A stretch of 64,000 nucleotides of DNA from Bdellovibrionales bacterium (GTDB lineage: Bacteria > Bdellovibrionota > Bdellovibrionia > Bdellovibrionales > UBA1609). Position numbers and translations under genes: made by a program. The notes beneath the pieces are model-generated. The model was not told where the DNA came from. It did not search any database and was given only the letters and a program-made list of their open reading frames with translations. The DNA lies in the NCBI GenBank assembly GCA_965219095.1, contig CBDCMT010000001.1, forward strand, positions 512,001 to 576,000, read 5' to 3'. Of the stretch, positions 19,111-28,524 are shown piece by piece. Numbering within the stretch: the stretch's first letter is position 1; each line of letters opens with the position of its first letter.

Positions 19111-20247
19111 TAGTGCTTCCGTTTAGTTTTTCAGTTTCCTAAGATAGAGAAGTTATCAGTTATCAAAGTTTCTAATTTAGATCTGTGTTTTCGTATTCCT
19201 CTAAAAAATTGACTTAAACTTCCCTTGAAATCGTCATAGTTTTCATAATATCGATTCGCTGTGACCTCTTTTTTCATAAACTTCCAAAGCCTTTCTATAG
19301 GATTTAAATTCGGTGAATACGGAGGAAGATAAACAAGTTTTATATTCAACTCTTTCGCTAACTTCTTGACAGACTTCGATCTATTGTATCCGGCCCCATC
19401 TAAGATAAGATGAATCTCTTTTTCATCGGGATGCTTCTTGCGAAGATGATGGAGCATATCACATAGAAAAACTTCGTTAACTGTCTTATAACTCCTGACT
19501 ACCGTCTTCAAACTATTGATCTCAATAGCTCCACAAACATTCACTCTTTTTCTCCAGCCTGAATTGGTCTTCACTTCAAACTTCTTACCCTCTCTTATCC
19601 AACCATATGAAATCGTAGGGCCCCACTCAGGATGTGTGGAATCAGCAAAGTAAACAGGACTGTCTTTCTTCTTAATTCTCTTGTATTTACGCACAAACTT
19701 TTTCTGCTCTTCTCTCTTTGCCTTACCTGGTATCGCTGTGGCTTTTTTATAAGAAAAACCAAGGCGATGGAGAAGATCAATCACACCACTTGTTGAGTAC
19801 GTAACACTAAAATTCTCCTCAATGAATTGGATGACAGACTGTGATGATGGAAAAATTCTTTTCTCTAATTCCTTTAAAAGCATTTTCTCCTCTTTCTTAG
19901 TTAAAAAGGACCTTTTAGGGTTGTAATTGTCGTTGATTAAGCACTCTATCCCACCTTTGTTATAACGATTTCTACAGGCTCTTATCGTGCCCTCATCAAT
20001 GAAAAGAAAACGGGAAATATCTTTACACAACTCACCTTTATCTAAATGGAGAATTGTCATAATCCTTTTTACGTATTTAAGATTTTTCTCTAGAGATAGT
20101 TCATAGAGTAAATCTTTTCGCTCTTTTTTTGATAGAAACCCTGATATATGAAACTATTTTTAAAAATAAATGACTTTTTATCAAGGCCTTAGAACAAAAA
20201 CTAGACCTCAACTCAAAAAAAAACGGAAAACCTAAGCGGAAGCACTA
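19111..20247 (-). mobile_element. IS630-family element type B, full length
   Basis: TAGTGCTTCCG IRs. TA duplicated at 19109-19110 and 20248-20249. Confidence 0.93.
19131..20060 (-). CDS. IS630-family transposase type B (native start at 20147 reads ATA in this copy, ATG in the 13354 copy)
   Basis: FADSTHP, ILDGAGYN and LPPYSPNLNPIERLW. Confidence 0.88.
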   Translation of the reverse strand: MTILHLDKGELCKDISRFLFIDEGTIRACRNRYNKGGIECLINDNYNPKRSFLTKKEEKMLLKELEKRIFPSSQSVIQFIEENFSVTYSTSGVIDLLHRLGFSYKKATAIPGKAKREEQKKFVRKYKRIKKKDSPVYFADSTHPEWGPTISYGWIREGKKFEVKTNSGWRKRVNVCGAIEINSLKTVVRSYKTVNEVFLCDMLHHLRKKHPDEKEIHLILDGAGYNRSKSVKKLAKELNIKLVYLPPYSPNLNPIERLWKFMKKEVTANRYYENYDDFKGSLSQFFRGIRKHRSKLETLITDNFSILGN

Positions 20248-20461
20248 TAGATGTTGAATCTACAAAACAAATTTTTCGAAAAGCTTATAGGAAATCTTAT
20301 ATTCGAGATACAGAAGTGTGGATAGAAGCTCTTAAGTACAGGAATAAAGCCTCTTACGTGTACAGAGAAAGTGTTTTAGAAGAGACCATAACATTTCTAA
20401 ATGATAGATTCTATCCTGAAATCAGAGATTTTTATTTTGATTTTAAAAAAGAGTATGAAAA

Positions 20462-20786
20462 GTGAAGTACGGATTAAAAGAAGATCAAATTAAAGAAGTA
20501 ATATCTATCTTAAAAAAATATCCTCAGGTTGAGAGAGCTTTTATTTTTGGATCTCGTGCTACTGGCACTTATTCAGAAGCCTCTGATGTAGATGTGGCTT
20601 TAAAAGGAAAGGGGATTAAAAAAGTTCTTTACAAAATAAAAGATGATTTTAAAGAAAGTGATCTTCCTTATTTGTTTGACGTGGTTGATTATCATGCCAT
20701 CGATCATCCTCCATTTAAAGAACATATTGATAGAAAGGGAAGTGTTTTTTATTGCAAAGGGTGGAAGGAAGTAAATCTAAGTGATA
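20462..20786 (+). CDS. MNT (minimal nucleotidyltransferase) antitoxin domain. The ORF continues in frame through ISL3 debris to 21493.
   Basis: FGSRATG..SEASDVDVAL...LPYLFDVVDY. The GTG start overlaps the HEPN stop. Confidence 0.88.
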
Positions 20787-20834
20787 GGCTCCTCAAAAGA
20801 ACCTCCGGGAACCCACAGATTCTTTTGAGGAGGC
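20787..20834. mobile_element. 48-bp ISL3 end-only mini-element
   Basis: GGCTCCTCAAAAGAA-CCTCCGGGAACCCACAGA-TTCTTTTGAGGAGGC. A second copy lies at 55556-55603. Confidence 0.85.
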
Positions 20835-21499
20835 GAAAATTCTTTGATTTACTAGGAGAGAAGTCAAAAGATATACGGTTTGTGTGTTCTGATATGTGGA
20901 AGCCTTATTTAAAAGTCATAAAGGAGAGGGCAAGTGGAGCTTTACACATATTAGATCGGTTTCATATCGTAGCAAGACTCAATAAGGCTTTAGACGAAGT
21001 GAGAGCTTCAGAACACAAAAAAATGAAAGAAGACGGGTATGAACCCCTTTTAACAAAAGCTAGATGGCCCTTGTTAAAAAATGCAGAAAATTTAAAATCT
21101 TATGAAAAAGTAAAATTAAGGCATTTAATACAGTACAATTTAAAAAGTATCCGCTGTTATCTTTTAAAAGAAGACTTCCGACAGTTATGGACCTATGTTT
21201 CACCAACTTGGGCTGGTAAATTTATAGACAGTTGGACGAGACGAGTCATGCTTTCAAAAATTGAACCTATGAAAAGAGAAGCAAAAACCATACGAAGACA
21301 TAAGCTACTTATTCTTAATTACTTCAAGGCTAAAAAAACCTTCTCCTCAGGGATTGTAGAGGGTTTAAACAACAAAGTAAAACTCACTATGAGAAAATCT
21401 TACGGCTTTAGAACCTCTAAAGCTATAAAAATCGCCTTATATCATAACCTTGGAAAACTGCCAGAACCTCCGGGAACCCACAGATTCTTTTGAGGAGGC
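20835..21499 (+). mobile_element. ISL3 3' half with right IR
   Basis: Near-identical to 5303-5967, inverted. Confidence 0.92.
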
Positions 21500-21987
21500 A
21501 AGAAACATAAACCCCAGAAAGAGAATAGCAACAGTTAAATTCATCTGCTAAAAGTTTCTGTATTCCCTTTGCTCCTATGCTTCCTCCCTCTCTTTTGTCT
21601 TGAATTTCATCTAACTTGATTTTAAAGTTCTCTTCTTCTGTCACTGGCAAACGAGGCTTGCGTCCTCTGCCTTCTCGATCTATCAATCCCTCGTAATCAA
21701 AGTCTACAAAAAAAGACTGTAACCAGGATTTGATACTGTGACGGTGATACAAAACCATACCTGCTGTTTCTTGAATCGATTTTCCGTCTTGCATATGCTG
21801 CAAAGCTTGGAGTTTTATCTTGATGTTGGCACTTCTTTCCACTTTGTAAGTAGCCAGAAAATCATACCCTTGAATCTGTGTAACTAAATCTTTTTTCGAC
21901 ATGACTCTAAAAATTTAACAGAGTTTGATCAAAAAGCCAGGGCGCAATGCGTTAAAAGAATGTCGAATTAATTTTTGGAAATGGTAT
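21500..21987 (-). mobile_element. IS630 type A, 5' part with left IR (transposase start 21902)
   Basis: Overlaps the sequence of 1-220. Ends in ...AATTTTTGGAAATGGTAT. Confidence 0.88.
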
Positions 21988-22645
21988 TATTCGTCCTTTC
22001 TTGCCATTTTTCTTAGGAAATTCTGGAAGCTCTAATGCCTATACCATACTGAAGAGGACCACTCATACCTTTAGGAAATTGACCTTTATTTCTAGCTCCA
22101 CATGAGGGACAATCCTTAACCTCAGAAGTTACAGTATGGGTTTGAATTTCATAAAAAATATCAATCTTTTTACGCTTTTCAAGGCTTTTTACCTCTGCTG
22201 TCTTTAAAAACATCCCACACTGAGAACACTCTGAGGGAGAGACAGTCTCCTCACTGTTTGTATCTTTACTGTTATCAAGTCTAGAGCCCTTTTTCTGACT
22301 CCCACTAGCTTTCTTATTACGATTCCCTTGACGACTAAAATCTTGCGAAGGAGGAAGCCCGCTGTTGCTGGAATTTTTTCGAACCTGTTTTTCTAAAAGC
22401 ACAACAATCAGAATGTTCACAACCTTAAAGAGAGATTCAACAATCACAGAAATCTCAGTAGGCACAGAACCTTTCTTTGCAAGCTTATCAAAGTCACTTC
22501 TTATATTTTCAATCTCATTTCTGATGGAGGTCTTATTTATTGTCATTTGAAAAAAGTATTTAAAAGAAAATCTGTAAGAGCAAGACTTTTATCTTAAAAC
22601 AGGTCTAAAGTTAGGGATAACTGAACAATGTAGGTGAGCAGTTAC
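21988..22645 (-). mobile_element. IS66 5' part with internal deletion
   Basis: Left IR at 22645. Two distant parts of the transposase are joined at the shared 10-mer AGAGCTTCCA. Confidence 0.9.
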
Positions 22646-22760
22646 ATTTTAGAAAGGTTAAAAGCTCTTACCTAAATAGTTAAGAAAATAGGGCTTATAA
22701 AACAAAATAATGAGAAAGTGTTTAAAAATTAAACACTTTCAAGCCATAGGAGGTTAAGTT

Positions 22761-23246
22761 ATGAAAATAAAAAGTTTTTTCCATTTAGCGAGCATAATTT
22801 TTTTGCTTGCTTTTTTCAGCTTTTTTGTCTCTCAGAAAGAGTCAGTAAAATGCTATGCTTTAGGAAGTTTTTATGATCAAAGATGCTTTAAAGAAGAGAA
22901 AGTTTATGGGTATGAATACGAAATCGAAGCTTTAAATAAAACTTTAGGTGGATGGGTTCGTTCCTCTCCTGCCATAATGAATAATGAAATAATTGTCGTA
23001 GGTTCTGATAATGGAAATGTTTATGCTTTAGAGCTTATTAAGGATGATGGGTTTTTTGATGATAGGTTGGTTAAAGTAGATTCTTTTCAAACAGGTGGAT
23101 GGGTTCGTTCCTCTCCTGCTATAATGAATAATGGAACAATTGTCGTAGGTTCTGATGATAAAAATGTTTATGCTTTAGGTCTTACAGAAAAAAAATTAAT
23201 AAAAACATATCAAAAACAGGTTACTTGCAAGGAGGAAGCAAAATAG
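22761..23246 (+). CDS. Membrane-anchored protein with two PQQ/BamB-like beta-propeller repeats
   Basis: N-terminal hydrophobic segment and GGWVRSSPAIMNN..IVVGSD..NVYAL twice (DNA repeat 22946-23031 / 23093-23178). Confidence 0.75.
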   Translation: MKIKSFFHLASIIFLLAFFSFFVSQKESVKCYALGSFYDQRCFKEEKVYGYEYEIEALNKTLGGWVRSSPAIMNNEIIVVGSDNGNVYALELIKDDGFFDDRLVKVDSFQTGGWVRSSPAIMNNGTIVVGSDDKNVYALGLTEKKLIKTYQKQVTCKEEAK

Positions 23247-23250
23247 ATTG

Positions 23251-23304
23251 CCATTGGAAAACTGCTAGAACCTCCAGAAACTTTACAGATTCTTTTGAGG
23301 AGGC
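23251..23304 (+). mobile_element. Degenerate ISL3 right-end remnant
   Basis: TTGGAAAACTGCTAGAACCTCC...ACAGATTCTTTTGAGGAGGC. Confidence 0.75.
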
Positions 23305-23611
23305 ATAAATTTTATCATTTTCTAAAGGGCGAACTCAGGACTCAGAAAGAAAATATGGATAACCAGCCTTTTTTTTTGAAAGGCTGGGACTTAAAAACTC
23401 TGATTAGAAGAGTTAGACTCATCTAAGAAATATCCTCCTCAGTAGAAGTCAAGGGCTGTTAAGAAACCGACTTACATTTATCAGGAGTATTCTATTGAAA
23501 AAAAACAGGCTCTTAGTCCTGAAACCTAGTACCAAAATTAACAGATTTCAGGTAGAAAGTAACAGGGATAAAGATCATACAGCATAAAAATCCTAGGCTT
23601 TTGTCAATTTT

Positions 23612-24247
23612 TCATGTTCGACTACTTACTTGGCCCTTATTAATAAACAAGGTTTTTTGGCAGAGAAGACTTCTATCCCCTTCATTATGCGTGATAAAAA
23701 GTGTGGGTGTTTTATAATCTCTTACCATGTCCCTTACAAGAAGACAAGATTGCCTCCTTGTTTTATCATCTAAATTTGAAAAAGGCTCATCTAGGAATAG
23801 AAACCGAGATTTTAATATAAGACAGCGAGCAAGACTCACCCTTTGTTCTTCTCCTCCTGATAAAAACTTTGCCTTTTTCTTTAAAAGGTGAGCTATACTC
23901 AGCCTTTCAACTAATTCACAAAGTCTTTTTTGATTCACCTTCTGCTTTCTAGCTAAGACAGGAAATAAAATATTTTCCTCACATGTAAGATGAGAGAAAA
24001 GATTGGTTCCTTGAAAAAGAAAAGAAAGTTTTCTTTCCGGAGGAGGAAGAAGGCTTAAATTTTCTTTCCCAAAAAACCATTGGTACTTTGCTTGAGATTC
24101 AAGTCCCAATAACACTCTCATAAAAGTGGACTTTCCTGAGCCACTAGGACCCCAAAGGCAAGTAATACCATCGTCTAAAAACTCTAAACGAGAAGCTTCA
24201 AGACGAAAATCACCTAAGTCTAAACTCAGATCTTTCACTAAAGACAT
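23612..24247 (-). CDS. thiQ: ABC transporter ATP-binding subunit, probably thiamine
   Basis: GPSGSGKS, LSGGEEQR and LDEPF. Coupled to the permease. Confidence 0.75.
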   Translation of the reverse strand: MSLVKDLSLDLGDFRLEASRLEFLDDGITCLWGPSGSGKSTFMRVLLGLESQAKYQWFFGKENLSLLPPPERKLSFLFQGTNLFSHLTCEENILFPVLARKQKVNQKRLCELVERLSIAHLLKKKAKFLSGGEEQRVSLARCLILKSRFLFLDEPFSNLDDKTRRQSCLLVRDMVRDYKTPTLFITHNEGDRSLLCQKTLFINKGQVSSRT

Positions 24248-25658
24248 AACCTAGAAACCTCCAAAATAAAAAAACAAAAAAACCTAATATCATCATAAGC
24301 CAACTTACACAGGTAGCTTCCTCCAGTCTATATGTTTTTAAAAAACTTTGTGCTAAAAGAGAAAGAGGAGTTTTGGTTTCCAAAAGAATGGCTGAGAGTC
24401 CAAAGTCTCCTGCTGCCCAAAAAGAAGCTAAACCTGCTAAAAAACCAAAGGTATTTGAAGTTTTAGGGAAAATAACTTTTCTAAAAGTAAAGAACCTTGA
24501 AGCTTGTAACATATAAGATAAACTAACCTCCTTTTGAAGATCATTTAAAGTGCTTTTTCCTCCTAAACGATAAAGTTGTGGCAAAAAAGAAAGACTAAGA
24601 GCTAGAATAAGTGCCATGATTGATCCTCCACTGTAAAGAAGAAGATAGCTAAAACCTAATATAGCTGTACTTGGTGCCATATAAAGAGATAAGAATTTTT
24701 TAAAAAATTGATTTCGTTTATAAAATAAAGAATGAAAGCAAAACGATATAAGACAAAGCATAAAAAAACAAAAAGCCCCCACAAAAAAGGCAATAAAAAA
24801 AGAAACTACAAGAGGATCTATCAAAAGATCGAAAGAAATTCTTTTAAAACCTATAAAAAAACGAGGTAAATTAAAAATAAGAACAAAGAAGAGAAAAATA
24901 AGAAGGACCAAAAGCCCTGAATAGGTCTTGAAGAAAGGGGGAGAGTTTCCTCTATTAATGGTGATTTGAGAGTAATCTCCTTCTCTTATAAAAAAGAAAA
25001 AGAAGGCTAAGAAAAAACTTTCAAACAAAGCTAAGCTTAGACCTTCAGCCCACAAACCTTCAATTTTAATTTTTTCATAAATGAGAGTTTCTATGGTCAA
25101 AAAATCCAAGCCTCCTAATAAAAAAGGAACCGTAAAGCTTGTAAAACAAAAGGCAAAAATGGAAATAAAAATAAGAAAAAAATCCTTTTTTAAATATGGT
25201 AGAATAATTTTTTTACAGAAAATAAAGGGAGAACTTTTTTCTAAATAAGCTCTTGAAAGCCAAAAACTCATTTTTCTTTCTATAAGACGAAAGATCACTA
25301 CGCTCACGAAACCTGCATTCATAAGAGTATGGGTGATGATAACAGGCCATAGTCCCTCAGAAGACGAAAAGTTCATAAAACTCAGAACCACAAAAAGACT
25401 GGGAAGAAAAGCAGGTATAAAAATAAGAACTTCAAACACTCTTTTTTTCTGTGTAGACTTTAAGGAAAGAAGAGATAAAGCTCCACAAAAGCCTACACAT
25501 AAAGACAAAAGAGAACTTAAAAAAGCTTGTAAAGTGGTATGCTTAATAGCAAAAAAAAGTTCACCGAAAGAGAGGGAGGACAAGGATCCTATCTTTAAAA
25601 AAAGAATGATAAAAGGCGAAATAAAAAAACTAAAAATCAAAAATTTTAAAAATTTCAT
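24210..25658 (-). CDS. thiP: ABC transporter permease with duplicated TM domain, probably thiamine
   Basis: TLQAFLS, FCFTSF...LLGG...TIE and GDFG motifs as in ThiP. Confidence 0.75.
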   Translation of the reverse strand: MKFLKFLIFSFFISPFIILFLKIGSLSSLSFGELFFAIKHTTLQAFLSSLLSLCVGFCGALSLLSLKSTQKKRVFEVLIFIPAFLPSLFVVLSFMNFSSSEGLWPVIITHTLMNAGFVSVVIFRLIERKMSFWLSRAYLEKSSPFIFCKKIILPYLKKDFFLIFISIFAFCFTSFTVPFLLGGLDFLTIETLIYEKIKIEGLWAEGLSLALFESFFLAFFFFFIREGDYSQITINRGNSPPFFKTYSGLLVLLIFLFFVLIFNLPRFFIGFKRISFDLLIDPLVVSFFIAFFVGAFCFFMLCLISFCFHSLFYKRNQFFKKFLSLYMAPSTAILGFSYLLLYSGGSIMALILALSLSFLPQLYRLGGKSTLNDLQKEVSLSYMLQASRFFTFRKVIFPKTSNTFGFLAGLASFWAAGDFGLSAILLETKTPLSLLAQSFLKTYRLEEATCVSWLMMILGFFVFLFWRFLGYVFSERSEFRLR

Positions 25659-25990
25659 TTTAGATGTCCCAACTCAAATTCTTTATTCTTTTAAAACTTC
25701 CTCGCTGAGACCATATCCAATGTAGCTGTTTTTTTATCATAGCCTTATACAAAACTTCATACAGTAATTTTTTTAAAAAGTAACATATTAGTGCTTTCAT
25801 TAAAATCTTCATATCATTGTTTCTTATAAAGCATGCATAAAAACCTAAGCCCTATGATTATAAGGTACACCTTACATTCCTTTCTGAAAAATCTAAAAAC
25901 AAATAAGAGCCTAATAGCTGTGTACAAAATTTTTTTGATAGCTTGCCTTAAAGTTCTTTTAACAAACACTGTTTTTCTCCTAGTTATGTT

Positions 25991-27052
25991 CTAAAAGAGT
26001 TGATTGCAGGTACGGGAAGAAGGGTAAATTTTTTTAATTCTATTTCCTATTCTTTTATCAGCTATATACTGTTTGTATTCATTCCAATTAAGCCCACTCT
26101 CTTCTACATAATTTCTGTAAACAGAAATAATAAGCCCTGAGGATAAAGATGTTTTATAAGCGTGTAAATTTTTTTTTCTATCCCATGTCCACGAAATTTT
26201 CTCTTCATAGTGTTTTTCCTTGTAAGGTATGGGCTTTTTAAATTGAGATAAATATTTAAGGCGAGCCTCTAGAAGGAGAGTCATTTTTAGATAATGTTCA
26301 GCACTTTGCTGTGGCTGAAACCCTCTTACTTCTATAGTATCTTCATGATTTAAATTAACGGCTTGGTATTTCCTACCTCCACCGCCACTCTCTAGAGGGA
26401 GGGAATCGCTGTGAATCCCATAAACATCGTAATTGATTCTATTTAGAAGGTAGTGGTAGTCAAAAGTAATTTCTTTATGAGAAAGAATACTTTTATCAAC
26501 TTCTTTTAATAAGCTCTTTAATTCTCTTTTAGACTCTTTACCTAAAACAGCTAAAGGAGGGGCGTTAAGATAATCATGGCTGAGGGCTCCCATAAACAAC
26601 TCAGAATTGTTATAAAGATCAACTAAGAAATTTCGAAATAAAAGAATGTTATTTTTAAAGTGTGTTCTTTTATCTAGATGGATATGGCCCCCTACTAATC
26701 GGTAGTGAGGTTTAAAACCTTCCTTTTTGACTGAATCAAAAATCAACTGTATGTTTTGTAATTGATCTTTGATTTGCCTTGTGGTCATAGGGGAAGCTTT
26801 AATTTCTATAACTGGCGAATCATAGGTGAGAAAATAATCAAAGCCGTCAAGAGTAAAACTTAAATAACCTTTAAATTTACAGTGATGGCATTTAGACTTT
26901 ATAATCTTACTTATCTTCGAAAGAGAGTTCCCTATACTATAAGAATCGTTAATTCTAGGGTTATAAAAAGTCCATTCAGGGCCAAAAAGTCCGCCCGTAG
27001 ACCATGCTTTCAAAGAAAAAAATAGAGTGAGAACAAATAGGAAAAGCTTCAT
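25991..27052 (-). CDS. Exported amidoligase-like (glutamate-cysteine-ligase fold) protein
   Basis: Signal peptide MKLFLFVLTLFFSLKAWS, then FGPEWTF, VIEIKASP, GGHIHLD, KYQAVNL and TIEVRGF. Confidence 0.65.
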   Translation of the reverse strand: MKLFLFVLTLFFSLKAWSTGGLFGPEWTFYNPRINDSYSIGNSLSKISKIIKSKCHHCKFKGYLSFTLDGFDYFLTYDSPVIEIKASPMTTRQIKDQLQNIQLIFDSVKKEGFKPHYRLVGGHIHLDKRTHFKNNILLFRNFLVDLYNNSELFMGALSHDYLNAPPLAVLGKESKRELKSLLKEVDKSILSHKEITFDYHYLLNRINYDVYGIHSDSLPLESGGGGRKYQAVNLNHEDTIEVRGFQPQQSAEHYLKMTLLLEARLKYLSQFKKPIPYKEKHYEEKISWTWDRKKNLHAYKTSLSSGLIISVYRNYVEESGLNWNEYKQYIADKRIGNRIKKIYPSSRTCNQLF

Positions 27053-27390
27053 ATTTAACCTTTTTTTATAGTCTTTAGGTGTTTTTACAAATCACTTTTT
27101 AATTTTTCCTTTTAGGGCTTTTGATTGTATTTTACAAAGTTTTTAACATTATAACTCACTGTGTTATAATGTCAGAGTTGTCCAAATGAGTGTTGAGAGA
27201 AGTTTTTTTCTAAAACCATCTCTTTTTGAAAACAGGGATAAATAATAAGCTGTGATAGTCAATTCAAAATTCAAGATCCTGTAAATTAAATTGTGTAACT
27301 GATTTTTTCTCTTAAAGGTTCAAAGCATTCTACAAAGATCAAACTTGAGCAATCAAACTTAAACAATGTAAGTTTTATTTTTCACAAGCT

Positions 27391-28404
27391 TTATTTTCTC
27401 ATAATCTGTGTTTTCCAAGAATCAATCCATTTTTGCTTTTCTTTATAAAAATGACTTTGTATTTTTTGTATTTTAAGCTTTGGCAGTCTTTCAAAGTAAG
27501 TGCCTTTTATGAGGCCTTTTACAGAAGGATACATGTAATTACGTTGGCTTATAATCTTTTGAGCTTTCTTACTTAAAAGAAAACGTGCAAACCTTTCAGC
27601 TAACTCACAATTCTTACAAGAAGAGGGAATAGCCATATACTCAATCTGCAAGGGGTGACCTTTCTTAAAAGAAAGGGCTTGGTACTGAAATTCTGACCTA
27701 TCCTTCCAGTGATAAACAAGGGATGTAAGATAAGAGAAAATAAGACGTGCTTTCATTTCTGTAAATAAACCGTAGGATGAAGACCATGAGGGCGAAATAC
27801 GAAAGATGTTTTTTTTAAGTTTTTTATAGTACTCTAAAGATCTTGTTTCATTAAGAGTCCATAGCAAGAACTCAAGACCAGGAGTGCTTTGTCTTGGATC
27901 CTGCAAAACAATCTTCTTTCTTAATTCATCTGATAGAAGATCTTCTAAACGTTGGGGAGGAAAGGGGATTTGATTTTTTCTATAAATAAAAGTCATAGGT
28001 GAGAAATCATAAGGAATGAAATCAAGATTCTTAGCCTTCAAATCTAAATTTTCATCCCAACTAATAGAAGACAAATTCAAACTCTTCCAAGAAAATATCT
28101 TTTTAGCCTCATAGACAGAAGCCTTATCAAAACCTATGACCATATCTAAAGATTCTTTTATCAATTTCATTCTCTGTAAGATTAGTCCTGCAGAACCTGC
28201 TCTTATAAGGTCTACTTTACAATCACAGCTTTCCTCAAATATTTTAACTAAAACAGGCCCAGGTCCTGAAGAACTCTGAAAAGAAGAGTAAGTAAAAATT
28301 CGAAGCCTTGTTTTGTGAACTGTTTTTTTTTGAAACACAAAAATCAAGATCATCACTAATAGGAATAAGGCTAAAATAAGTGCATAAAAGATTTTTTGCT
28401 TCAT
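27391..28404 (-). CDS. thiB: Thiamine ABC transporter substrate-binding protein
   Basis: FTYSSF...GPGP, QDPRQSTPGL, WSSSYGLF and SYLTS. Confidence 0.85.
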   Translation of the reverse strand: MKQKIFYALILALFLLVMILIFVFQKKTVHKTRLRIFTYSSFQSSSGPGPVLVKIFEESCDCKVDLIRAGSAGLILQRMKLIKESLDMVIGFDKASVYEAKKIFSWKSLNLSSISWDENLDLKAKNLDFIPYDFSPMTFIYRKNQIPFPPQRLEDLLSDELRKKIVLQDPRQSTPGLEFLLWTLNETRSLEYYKKLKKNIFRISPSWSSSYGLFTEMKARLIFSYLTSLVYHWKDRSEFQYQALSFKKGHPLQIEYMAIPSSCKNCELAERFARFLLSKKAQKIISQRNYMYPSVKGLIKGTYFERLPKLKIQKIQSHFYKEKQKWIDSWKTQIMRK

Positions 28405-28524
28405 AATTTAAAACCTAAAATAACAAAAAGCTTCTAAAAAAGGCACCAGCTTGACATATCGCAATAACTTTCTATTTTCTTTTTCATAGATGATTTATCC
28501 TCACAATCGCTATAAGAGATTTTG

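Larger units (their letters stand above)
18913..20465 (+). pseudogene. HEPN toxin (HI0074-like nucleotidyltransferase substrate-binding family), split by IS630-B
   Basis: RWKKRF...EGFVQRFEYIFEL...LKEDGI|DVESTKQIFRKAY...W...RNKASYVY is in frame after IS removal. Confidence 0.88.

Noticed and set aside
20462..21493. Novel MNT-transposase fusion protein
   Set aside because: It is a chance in-frame join through the 48-bp mini-element. The transposase part lacks its N-terminal half and the first catalytic Asp.
25333..25725. Lys-rich plus-strand ORFs opposite thiP and lgt (also 48453-48845) and other 60-80-aa overlapping ORFs
   Set aside because: They are antisense or alternative-frame shadows of hydrophobic or housekeeping genes.
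28405..28524. TPP riboswitch upstream of thiB
   Set aside because: The conserved CTGAGA / ACCTGA...GCG.AGG elements are not found on the minus strand.
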